Assembly (NCBI GenBank): GCA_963840455.1
Contig: CAWIYV010000001.1
Coordinates: 1 to 64,000, forward strand
Direction: 5' to 3'
Origin: Nitrospirota bacterium
GTDB taxonomy: Bacteria; Nitrospirota; UBA9217
DNA length: 64,000 nt
Position numbers and translations under genes: made by a program. Position 1 is the stretch's first letter; every line of letters begins with the position of its first letter. Shown here piece by piece: positions 19,871-28,832 of the stretch. The notes below the pieces were generated by a model. The model saw only the letters and a list, made by a program, of their open reading frames with translations, ran no database searches and was not told where the DNA came from.

Positions 19871-20930
19871 GCATATTCGCTATGAAGTATTGGCGTTAAT
19901 GAAAATCGCAAGTTCTTGTGAATGCACAGTTGGGTACAGGAAGAAGCTTTTGTCCGAAACCATATCATAAAATCTATGTCCTACAAACAGAGCGTGAGCT
20001 CATAGCATCAATGCATTGGGAGGGCAAAGGCCCTTCCGAGATTGCCCGGGTACTCAGCCGGGATAAGGGCACGATCTCACGGGAGCTTATACTAACGCTT
20101 CCGAGTATAGCTGTTCGCCTGTGGACACAATCGATAGATCAGAGGAAACCGACAGCCGTGATGACAGGCCGTGGTCAAGAGCAAAGGAGATTAGCAGTAC
20201 GTCCAGCGAAAGCCTATGATCAACTGGTAGCCGGAGATCATTGCGGGTCGTCTGAAGGACGAGATTCCCGGCTGTCGATCAGCTGAGGCGATCTACCAGT
20301 TTATCTATCACCGGGATACCCCAGATCGAGAGCACCTCATCTCCCAGCTCTGTCGCGCCTACCGGAAACGGCGCATCAAGGGAAAAGGGAGAAAAGTACG
20401 AAAAACCAAGATTCCCAATAGGGTTTCCATTGATGCCAGGCCAAAGTCGGTCGATCAGCGAAAGCAATTTGGCCATTGGGAAAGCGATACGCTGGTCTCC
20501 CGCAAGAGTAAGTCTGCCTTGCACAGCATAATCGAGCGCAAGACCCGGATCCTCCGGCTTTCCAAGCTGGAACGCAAGACCGCTGCCGAAACCAATAAGG
20601 CGGTCGCTCGAGCGCTCAAGAAGTTGCCCGTGGAGGCAAAACGGACGCTTACCATGGACAACGGCACTGAGAATGCCAGGCACGAGGAGTTGTGAGCTAC
20701 GCCGGCATCAGATGCAAGTTGCCATGCTAATGCGGCAGGCAACGAGGATAGTTTGAGCAGATCAACTGCCTCTTCGACGCTACTGCCAAAGGGATTGACT
20801 TCAGTAAGATTGACAAGAGGAAAAAAGAAAATCGAGAAGCCCATGAACAACCGACCCAGAAAGTGCCTAGGCTTCAAAACACCGTTGGAAGTTGCTCGCT
20901 CACTTGTTGCACTTCAGAGTTGAATGTGGC
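19871..20930 (+). mobile_element. IS30-family element, degenerate
   Basis: HTH ERELIASMHWEGKGPSEIARVLSRDKGTISREL, then GHWESDT, IERKTR, TLTMDNGTE, MNNRPRKCLGFKTP in broken frames. Right end is GTTGCACTTCAGAGTTGAATGTGGC; the left inverted repeat is only a weak match. Confidence 0.85.
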
Positions 20931-21208
20931 GGTTTAATTATTTCTTTGGCGATACGTTTAGCCGTGTCTGCAAGATCTTCCTTCATACTGTCATTAGTTG
21001 GAGAGTTAGGAATACCGAAACCTCGACCGTTTTGGTAATTAAAAGAACCCAATACTTTACCGGTATTGACGTCAACAACTTTTACTACAGCAGTAGCAAT
21101 TCGAGCAGCGAAAAAGGCTTCGTATTGGCCTCTTGCAAAAATTAAAGCATCAATGTTGAGTATTTTACCCGCTTTGAGATAAACATCATTGTTCATCAAT
21201 TTACGCAC
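20900..21208 (-). pseudogene. Fragment of a CsgG/LpoB-like lipoprotein domain
   Basis: Pattern AGKILNIDALI...VKVVDVNTGKVL; low GC; the 3' end runs into the IS30 end and there is no signal peptide. Confidence 0.45.
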
Positions 21209-21719
21209 TATGAAGGCAGCCTACTGATGACAACCAGGGACGTTTGAGCATCGGGGTTGTTTTTTTGTGTATTATGATTGCCCGTAGCCGCCAACGGTGC
21301 ATTGGTGATCTTTCCTTGATCGGTGGCTCCTGCCTCGTACGAAGCACCCTCGTTCTGCAGCAAGACCGCCGCTTCTTTCTTCTATCCATGAGGCACACGT
21401 GCGTGGCAATTTATACACCCATAGGCGTACTTGTCCGTAGCCGATGTTGTCGAGAGAATGTAATAGCGCGTATGCTGGTTCGTTCCGGCTGTCGTAAAGA
21501 AATGTACGCAGCCAGCACCCCGATCAGCGACATGCTCCTTTCCCTCGCCAGCTGCGATCACCCCATGGGGAGAAAGGATGCGATCTGCCGTATCTTCTCC
21601 GGCGATGAACTCCTAGATCTTCTGAAAGTATCCTTTCATAACACAAGGTCTTGAGGAGAAATAACGGCGTGAGTGCTGGACACTGGGTTGCTACGGCGGC
21701 AGCGGCAAGACTCAGGAGG

Positions 21720-21973
21720 TGGATGACGGTCGTTTCGATCATGACCCAAGGTGAACCATACTCCTTGCCGGCATCGGTCTCAACAATGTAGTGCGGAGGA
21801 AGGTAGTTCAGTGCAATGGCCGCAATATCGCACCTGCAGCGAGTGCAGGTGCAATAATCCTTATACCGCTCGGTCAGGAGCTCGTTCATGATGGCAATGA
21901 TTCGCTCGTAGTTCGCGTTCGTAGCGTTGAGGTCTTCAGTACCCACAAACTGCCCTTGAAATATTATTTTCAT
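21720..21973 (-). pseudogene. ComFB (late competence development) family protein, C-terminally truncated
   Basis: CTCTRCRCDIAAIALNYLPPHY matches the ComFB signature; similarity appears lost after PWVMIETTVI at about 21720. Confidence 0.7.
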
Positions 21974-22235
21974 TTTTTTGAAATTTTGATTTTTCATTTG
22001 CAAGAAAAACACCATGGAAACAATTTAATCATTGCCCATATTATCAATATGTTATTGTATTGGGAAATAACTGAATGATGAACATTATGGGCATTATTGA
22101 GCACCTTGAGCGGAAGCCACCAGTATCTCCATTTACCATGTGGCTCACCATTGAAATACAATATCATAGTAAATCAATCATTTGCGTTCATATAGCGCGG
22201 TTGTTTTTCGTGAATGCCTGATATATACTGCTGAC

Positions 22236-24914
22236 ATGACGAATACAGAGAAGAAGTTGCGACTGTTCATTATTGACGGGAACTCGTATATCTACCGGGC
22301 CTTTTATGCGATCAGAAACCTTTCAACATCATCCGGCCTTCCTACGAACGCTGTCTTCGGTTTTGCGAACATGTTGATGAAGGTCATCAAAGAAAAGGCA
22401 CCGGACCGCCTTGCTATAGCGTTCGACCCGAAAGGTCCTACGCGCCGGCATATTGAGTTCAAGGAGTACAAGGCCCATCGGCCGCCCATGCCGAAAGACC
22501 TCGTCCCTCAGATACCGTACATCCACAAACTGGTTCAGGCGTTCCGCATTCCGGTGTTTGTCCAGGACGGCCAGGAAGCCGATGACGTGATCGCCACGCT
22601 GGCCCATAGAGCAGCAGGGGCCGGGATGGACGTGGTCATCGTGACGGGGGATAAGGACATCCTCCAGCTTGTAGGACCCGGCATCTCGGTGTACGACTCC
22701 CTTAAGGAAAAGACCTATGGACCTGCCGAGGTGGAAGAGCGCTTCGGTGTGCCACCGGAACGTGTCGTCGAGATCATGGGTCTTATGGGCGATGCTTCGG
22801 ATAATATCCCCGGCGTACCGGGCATCGGTGAGAAGACGGCCCAGGCCCTTATCAAGGAGCACGGGACCATCGAGAACGTCCTCGCAAACGCCCCGACGAT
22901 CACCAAGCCGAAGCTGAAGCAGTCTCTTCTGGAGAACGGGGACCTTGCACGGCTCAGCCGCGAGCTGGCGGTCCTTCATACTGATGTGCCGCTTGATTTC
23001 GATATCGAGCAGCTTGTCGTCAAAGAACCGGACAATCCCGCCCTTCTCGCCATCCTCCGGGAGCTTGAGCTGACATCGCTCCTCAAATATGTCACCACCG
23101 GGCCGGAAAAGGAAGCGCATTATCGGACCGTTGTGACGGCCGGTGAGCTCGATGACATGCTGACCACACTCTCCCGGGCCCCGGAGCTCTCCCTGGACAC
23201 CGAGACCACCGCATTGGACCCCATGCAGGCCGAACTGGTGGGCCTGTCGTTCTCCGTCGAGCCTCACACCGCCTACTACCTGCCTCTGGGGCACACCTAC
23301 CCAGGCGTCTCGCAACAGCTTCCGCGCATGCAAACGCTCACAAAGCTCAAGATGCTCCTGGAGGACCCGCAGGTGCGGAAGATCGGCCAGAACCTCAAGT
23401 ACGACGTCCTCGTGCTCCGGCACGCAGGCATCGAGGTGCGCGGGATATCCTTCGATACCATGATCGCTTCCTACCTGCTGAACCCTTCGAAGGCCTCCCA
23501 TAGTCTCGATGCCCTTGCCCTCGAATACCTCAACTACCGGACCATGACCTATGCCGAGGTCACCGGGACCGGAAAAAAGCAGATCGGGTTCAGCGAAGTG
23601 GACATCACGACGGCGACGCGCTATTCCGGAGAGGACGCCGACATCGCGCTCAGGCTGAAAATGCTCCTGGAGCCGAAGCTGCGCGAACAGGGCCTCGACA
23701 GCCTGTTCCGCGATGTGGAGATGAATCTCTTGCGGGTCCTGGTGGACATGGAATACGCAGGCGTCAAGATCGATGCTGGGCTCCTGAAGATCATGTCGGG
23801 GAAGCTCGAGCATGATACTGCCAAGATCGTCAGCGATATTTACGGCCTCGCCGGGGCAGAGTTCAATATCAATTCACCGAAACAGCTCGCCGACATCCTC
23901 TTCGTGAAGCTCGGCCTCACTCCGATCAAAAAGACAAAAACCGGCTTTTCGACGGACGTGGACGTCCTGGAAGAATTGGCCCACATCCATCCCCTGCCCG
24001 CTGAGATCCTGAAATACCGGACCCTGTCAAAGCTCAAGTCGACCTACGTCGATGCCCTTCCCGCCATGATCAATCCCCGGACGGGCAGGCTCCATACATC
24101 GCTGAACCAGACCGTCACTGCCACGGGTCGTTTGTCCTCGAGCGAACCGAACCTCCAGAACATCCCCATCCGCACCGAGGTGGGCCGTGAGATCAGAAAG
24201 GCCTTCATCGCTGAACAGGGTCACAGCCTCGTATCCGCCGACTATTCCCAGATCGAGCTCCGCGTACTGGCGCATATGAGCGGCGACGAGGGGCTGATCC
24301 GGACATTCGTGGAAGACCAGGACATCCATACCCGCACGGCATCGGAGATCTTCGGTCTTCCGCAGGAAGAGATCTCGCCGGAGATGCGCCGCAAGGCGAA
24401 AGCCGTGAACTTCGGCATCATCTATGGCATCTCGGCGTTCGGCCTGGCACAAGACATCGGCGTGTCGAACGCGGAGGCAAAGCGATACATCGAAAGTTAC
24501 TTCACCCGTTATCCAAAGGTCCGCGCGTTCATTGAAGCGACCATAGCCCAGGCAAAGAGCACGGGATTCGTCACCACTCTCCTGGGACGGAAGCGGTTCA
24601 TCCCCGAGCTCGCCTCTTCTGCGGCTCCCGTCCGGAACTTCGGGGAGCGCATGGCCGTGAACACCCCCATCCAGGGAACAGCAGCGGACCTCATCAAACT
24701 GGCGATGATCAAGATCCATGACCTCCTCGTGGAACAACGATCAGGCTCCCGGATGATCCTGCAGGTCCACGATGAACTGATCTTCGAAGTTCCGGACCAT
24801 GAGGTCGGCATGATAAAGGGTCTGGTCAAAAAAGAGATGGAGGGCGTTCTGGAACTTTCCGTGCCGATCAGGGTTGATATCGGGGCCGGGAAGAACTGGG
24901 ATGAAGCGCACTAA
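22236..24914 (+). CDS. polA: DNA polymerase I
   Basis: Motifs IDGNSYIYRAFYA, EADDVIATL, DNIPGVPGIGEKTA, TGRLSSSEPNLQNIP, ADYSQIELR, KAVNFGIIYG, LQVHDEL. Confidence 0.98.
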   Translation: MTNTEKKLRLFIIDGNSYIYRAFYAIRNLSTSSGLPTNAVFGFANMLMKVIKEKAPDRLAIAFDPKGPTRRHIEFKEYKAHRPPMPKDLVPQIPYIHKLVQAFRIPVFVQDGQEADDVIATLAHRAAGAGMDVVIVTGDKDILQLVGPGISVYDSLKEKTYGPAEVEERFGVPPERVVEIMGLMGDASDNIPGVPGIGEKTAQALIKEHGTIENVLANAPTITKPKLKQSLLENGDLARLSRELAVLHTDVPLDFDIEQLVVKEPDNPALLAILRELELTSLLKYVTTGPEKEAHYRTVVTAGELDDMLTTLSRAPELSLDTETTALDPMQAELVGLSFSVEPHTAYYLPLGHTYPGVSQQLPRMQTLTKLKMLLEDPQVRKIGQNLKYDVLVLRHAGIEVRGISFDTMIASYLLNPSKASHSLDALALEYLNYRTMTYAEVTGTGKKQIGFSEVDITTATRYSGEDADIALRLKMLLEPKLREQGLDSLFRDVEMNLLRVLVDMEYAGVKIDAGLLKIMSGKLEHDTAKIVSDIYGLAGAEFNINSPKQLADILFVKLGLTPIKKTKTGFSTDVDVLEELAHIHPLPAEILKYRTLSKLKSTYVDALPAMINPRTGRLHTSLNQTVTATGRLSSSEPNLQNIPIRTEVGREIRKAFIAEQGHSLVSADYSQIELRVLAHMSGDEGLIRTFVEDQDIHTRTASEIFGLPQEEISPEMRRKAKAVNFGIIYGISAFGLAQDIGVSNAEAKRYIESYFTRYPKVRAFIEATIAQAKSTGFVTTLLGRKRFIPELASSAAPVRNFGERMAVNTPIQGTAADLIKLAMIKIHDLLVEQRSGSRMILQVHDELIFEVPDHEVGMIKGLVKKEMEGVLELSVPIRVDIGAGKNWDEAH

Positions 24915-25028
24915 TAGGGCAGGAACGAAGGTGAGAAGGCAAAAAAATGAAAAATGAGGACGTCAGTAGGTCAGCCGGCTTCAACGCTTCTTGCGTCCTC
25001 CTCACCTTCCCAACTTCCTTTTCTGCTT

Positions 25029-28000
25029 TCACCGGAACTCGAATCGGAACTTCACATCTGCACCAAGGTTTCCCACCTCGTTCCGATCACCCACAAGGGA
25101 CATGTTCCTATTCAGGATATACTCGATCCGGAAAACCTGCTCCGGTGTCGTCGCTCCGACACTGGACGAGTAGGTCAGGAACACCTTATCCTGTACCAAT
25201 TCTTTCCCAACCGTAATCCTCGGCACCGCGGTGTCGGTCTTGCTGATGTATGGATCCACCTGAAAACGGTCCAGGCCCGTCAGGGTTCGAGCATGGCTTT
25301 CGAAGATGTCCTGGAACTTGCCCGTGGCTAAGGATGTCGCTTCTCCGACGCCGATGTTCAATTCCTTTCCCTTGAGTTCTTCGCCTGTCCTGCCGACCGC
25401 CAGGAGGTTCAGGATATTGGCGTCCGTGAGCGGCGGTTCGGACACGAAGGTCACTATGGCCCGGTCGGCGGACCCTGACACGCCTAGCTGGATCTGGTAC
25501 TCCCGCACCCGAGTCTCTGCCTGGACATCGAGCGTTGGGTTGATGCGGTTCGGATTTGTAAAGTCCGCGGACGCGTGCAGGATCCTGAACACGTTCTTGC
25601 GGAAGTACACCTCCCCCTTCCGCGCCTCAATCCGTCCCAGGACCTGCAGCTGGTTCACGGTCCCCCGGAACAGCATGTCGATATCCAGAGGGATCTTGAC
25701 GAGATTGCTTTCAAAGATAATGTTCTCTTTGCCGACAAACTGGACATTGATCTGCGTCTCACCGATCCATCCGATGTCCGTTTTCTTCTTCTGGGTGAAC
25801 CCCCTGCTGAAGTCCACGAGCATGCTTTTCCACTCAACGCGTTTTTCATACCGCGCCTTCCGGATGGCGATCTCGCCGGACAGCGTCTGTGCGGAAGCAT
25901 CACCGTCGTAATACAGCACGCCACCGACGGTCGCGGTCAGGCCGGCAGGGTAGCGGACCGTGACATTCTCAATGGATGCTTTCGCGGAGAAATCCACCAG
26001 CGAGCTGCCGTCAAGCTGGGCATTGCCGGTGAAGGTTATGGTTCCGCCGCCGACCTCCCCGCTCAAAGCCTCCGTGACCACCTTCTCCCGGGTGAAGTCG
26101 ATCGTACCGTTCAAAGCAGTGAACTTCTGGGGGATGTCCCTTATCTTGATCAGGCCGTTCTTGATTTTGAGCTCTCCGGCGATCTCAGGATTGGACCAGG
26201 CATCGCTGACCGTCAGCTTGACCGACGCGATGCCATCCCCGTGTTCGACCTCATGGAAGAGGACCCTGAGCAGTGAGAGGTTGGCATCACCGGTAAAGGT
26301 AAGATCGACGTCCTTTCCGAGATGCGTCTCTCCGGTCACGGCCAGTTTCGTTCCGAATCCGGTCAGGGTGAGCGACCGCACCGCGACACGTCCCCCATCG
26401 ATCCGGATATCCGCAGCTCCGTCGTTCTCTATCCGAAGATCGCCGACGTTGAATCCCAGTTTCTGGAATTGTGCGGTGCCGTCGATGCTGGCCAGGTCGA
26501 GACCGTTCCCGCGAGCCTTGACCGAGCCTTCGACCAGCACCCGCGCCTTCGCAAGGAGGTCGCTTCCGGCGTACAGCGCGGACGGATCCACTTCGCTCAT
26601 CCGTAAGGATGCTGTGGCCGTCCACGCGTAAGGCTGCTTGAGCTTCCATGTCCCGTTTGCCGAGAATACACCATCGCCGATTTCCGCCGCGAGTGTCAGC
26701 TCCCCGTTCTGGATTTCCAGGTCCACCTGTGCCGGTCCCAGTGCCGCCTGTCGATAGGAAAGCTGTTCGGACTCTGCGTGTGCCTGCACCACCGGCGCGG
26801 AGAAACTTCCCGAGGAACGGATATCGAGGATAAACGGCCCGGAGCAGGTCAGCTTTTTCAGGTGGTCGACATCCGAGAGGTCAAGACCCTTGCCTTTCAC
26901 GTGGGCCTCATAGGTCCCGTTAAAACCGATCCATCCTTCTCCCGTGACGGCCCCTGCCTTCCTTTCGAGGGTGACGCGGGGGAAGGAAACCCGGTTGCTC
27001 GTCAGCTCCACGGAGAGAGAACCACGGTCAAAGGACTCTCCATGTGCCACACCCGCATCAAGATCGAGGTGGCCTGTTCCGGAGAAATCCCTGCTCGTTC
27101 CGAGGAACGTTAGCTCCCCGGTTGCGGCAAGCTCAAGCGGGATCCGTTTGTAGAATAGGGCTACAATGCTGACAACATCGGACCGCCGCACATCGACCTT
27201 TGCCTGATACAGAGGTTCCGGTCCCTGGAAGTTCACCGAGCCGTTAAATTCATACTCCGAGCTTCCGTGCCGGATGTCCGTATCGGCAAGAGACAGTATT
27301 CTTTCCTTGAAGACCAGATTGCCCTCAACGCTTCTGAACGGGACGCCCCGGACGGACACCGGCCCCGCTTCCAGCTTTCCATCGAAACGGGGCGCAGCCA
27401 GCGGTCCTGAAAGCGTGCCATGCACCGCAGCAGCACCGCTGATCGCGAACCCGCTGAAGAACGACAGCGACCTCCCCTGCTCCGTTGACCTCGCGGAGAG
27501 GGCGAGCTGATACCCCTCTGCGGGCCCCACGGTCCCGGTTGCATTCACGGACAGGTCGTCGGCAAGGACGGCCGATCGGCCGATCCTCAGCCTCCCCCCC
27601 TGGTAGGACGCCTCCAGGGAGAGTTCCTGGACCGAAATCTGCTGGGACCCTTTTGACAGTTTCCACTGTTCCGCAGCGATTGTGATGTTTCCATTCCGGT
27701 AGGCAAAACGAGTTTCCGCATCCTGGAGCCGCATCCCCCCTATATTGATATTGGAAAGAACGATACTGCCGTTCATGATCGGGTCCTTCAGGGTTCCCGA
27801 TATCCTCGTAGTGGACTGGATGACCGGGTCTTTCGTCCTGTTCTTCCCGGCAAGGATGTCGGTGATCCTGCCGAGGAAGCGCTGGCCCATTCGCGCCGTA
27901 AGTTTCAGGTCCAGCCCTCCGCCGGTCATGAGCCCGATGGTCCCTTCTGTCGTAAGGCGGGTATCCTCGGACGCCAGCTCGCAGCCGTCGAGAGAAAGGC

Positions 28001-28640
28001 GGCCCTGGTCATAGTTGATCATACCCCGTGCCGTCCCTTTTATCTCGCGGAACGCCGGCGCCGTTACCGTCAGGTCTCCCTTGGCAAGGCGGACGTTGAA
28101 CGATGCGCTGGGAAGGTTTATCTTCATTTTCAGGTTCAGCCGGGACATCGTCACGGTCGTCTTCGTTCCTGCATCGCTCAAGACCGCTTTCCCGTTCCTG
28201 ACCGTGATCGTGCGTATCTGCACGGTGTAGTGCTTGCCCCTCTCCAGGTTCGACCTGATCGTCCCGATAAGTTCGGCGATATCGACAGCGCCGGCCAGGG
28301 AACGTCCTGCAATGACGCGCGGCTCCAGTACAGCGACGGAGGGCACGGAAATGGTCCCGTAGAGAAGCGGAAAGGGATTGAGGTACATCCGGACCCTGCG
28401 AATAGCGATCGCTTCACGGTTGACCGACGAAGGAATGGTTATGTCCCGGACCTCGAGATAGAGAGGCAGGAGGCTCGCCTTGATCCATCCGACCGATGCA
28501 CCGGGTCCAAGGATCTCCTGGAGCGGAGCCATGATAAGCGGCCTGATCCGTATCGCGAACGCAGGGCTCTGGACATAGGTCCAGAGCCCTGCGAACAGGA
28601 CAAAGAAGACAAGGGATATGATAAGAGCGGTCCTTTTCAT
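25029..28640 (-). CDS. tamB: Translocation/assembly module TamB (AsmA-like) protein
   Basis: N-terminal TM anchor, long beta-rich body, and C-terminal DUF490-like features (FVSEPPL, ITVGKEL, ADVKFRFEFR). Confidence 0.8.
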   Translation of the reverse strand: MKRTALIISLVFFVLFAGLWTYVQSPAFAIRIRPLIMAPLQEILGPGASVGWIKASLLPLYLEVRDITIPSSVNREAIAIRRVRMYLNPFPLLYGTISVPSVAVLEPRVIAGRSLAGAVDIAELIGTIRSNLERGKHYTVQIRTITVRNGKAVLSDAGTKTTVTMSRLNLKMKINLPSASFNVRLAKGDLTVTAPAFREIKGTARGMINYDQGRLSLDGCELASEDTRLTTEGTIGLMTGGGLDLKLTARMGQRFLGRITDILAGKNRTKDPVIQSTTRISGTLKDPIMNGSIVLSNINIGGMRLQDAETRFAYRNGNITIAAEQWKLSKGSQQISVQELSLEASYQGGRLRIGRSAVLADDLSVNATGTVGPAEGYQLALSARSTEQGRSLSFFSGFAISGAAAVHGTLSGPLAAPRFDGKLEAGPVSVRGVPFRSVEGNLVFKERILSLADTDIRHGSSEYEFNGSVNFQGPEPLYQAKVDVRRSDVVSIVALFYKRIPLELAATGELTFLGTSRDFSGTGHLDLDAGVAHGESFDRGSLSVELTSNRVSFPRVTLERKAGAVTGEGWIGFNGTYEAHVKGKGLDLSDVDHLKKLTCSGPFILDIRSSGSFSAPVVQAHAESEQLSYRQAALGPAQVDLEIQNGELTLAAEIGDGVFSANGTWKLKQPYAWTATASLRMSEVDPSALYAGSDLLAKARVLVEGSVKARGNGLDLASIDGTAQFQKLGFNVGDLRIENDGAADIRIDGGRVAVRSLTLTGFGTKLAVTGETHLGKDVDLTFTGDANLSLLRVLFHEVEHGDGIASVKLTVSDAWSNPEIAGELKIKNGLIKIRDIPQKFTALNGTIDFTREKVVTEALSGEVGGGTITFTGNAQLDGSSLVDFSAKASIENVTVRYPAGLTATVGGVLYYDGDASAQTLSGEIAIRKARYEKRVEWKSMLVDFSRGFTQKKKTDIGWIGETQINVQFVGKENIIFESNLVKIPLDIDMLFRGTVNQLQVLGRIEARKGEVYFRKNVFRILHASADFTNPNRINPTLDVQAETRVREYQIQLGVSGSADRAIVTFVSEPPLTDANILNLLAVGRTGEELKGKELNIGVGEATSLATGKFQDIFESHARTLTGLDRFQVDPYISKTDTAVPRITVGKELVQDKVFLTYSSSVGATTPEQVFRIEYILNRNMSLVGDRNEVGNLGADVKFRFEFR

Positions 28641-28692
28641 GGATACAACAGTGCGTTCTCAAAGCCGTTCCCGGTCGGTCCGGCCTTGATCC

Positions 28693-28805
28693 TTGAAGTA
28701 CCCTGCAGCAAGCCGCAGGAACTCTTCGATCCACAGGGTAGTATAGTCATCCTGATCGTTCGTTAATTCCGCAGCAAGCTGCGGGGCTTACGCTCGCTTT
28801 TGGAT
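28693..28805 (-). repeat. Dispersed copy of the palindromic miniature element
   Basis: The reverse complement ATCCAAAAGCGAGCGTAAGCCCCGCAGCTTGCTGCGG...GATCAGGAT...TCCTGCGGCTTGCTGCAGGGTACTTCAA aligns end to end with unit 4 at 6829-6940. Confidence 0.9.
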
Positions 28806-28832
28806 CCACGGATTCGTTCAGCGGCAGGTCCG

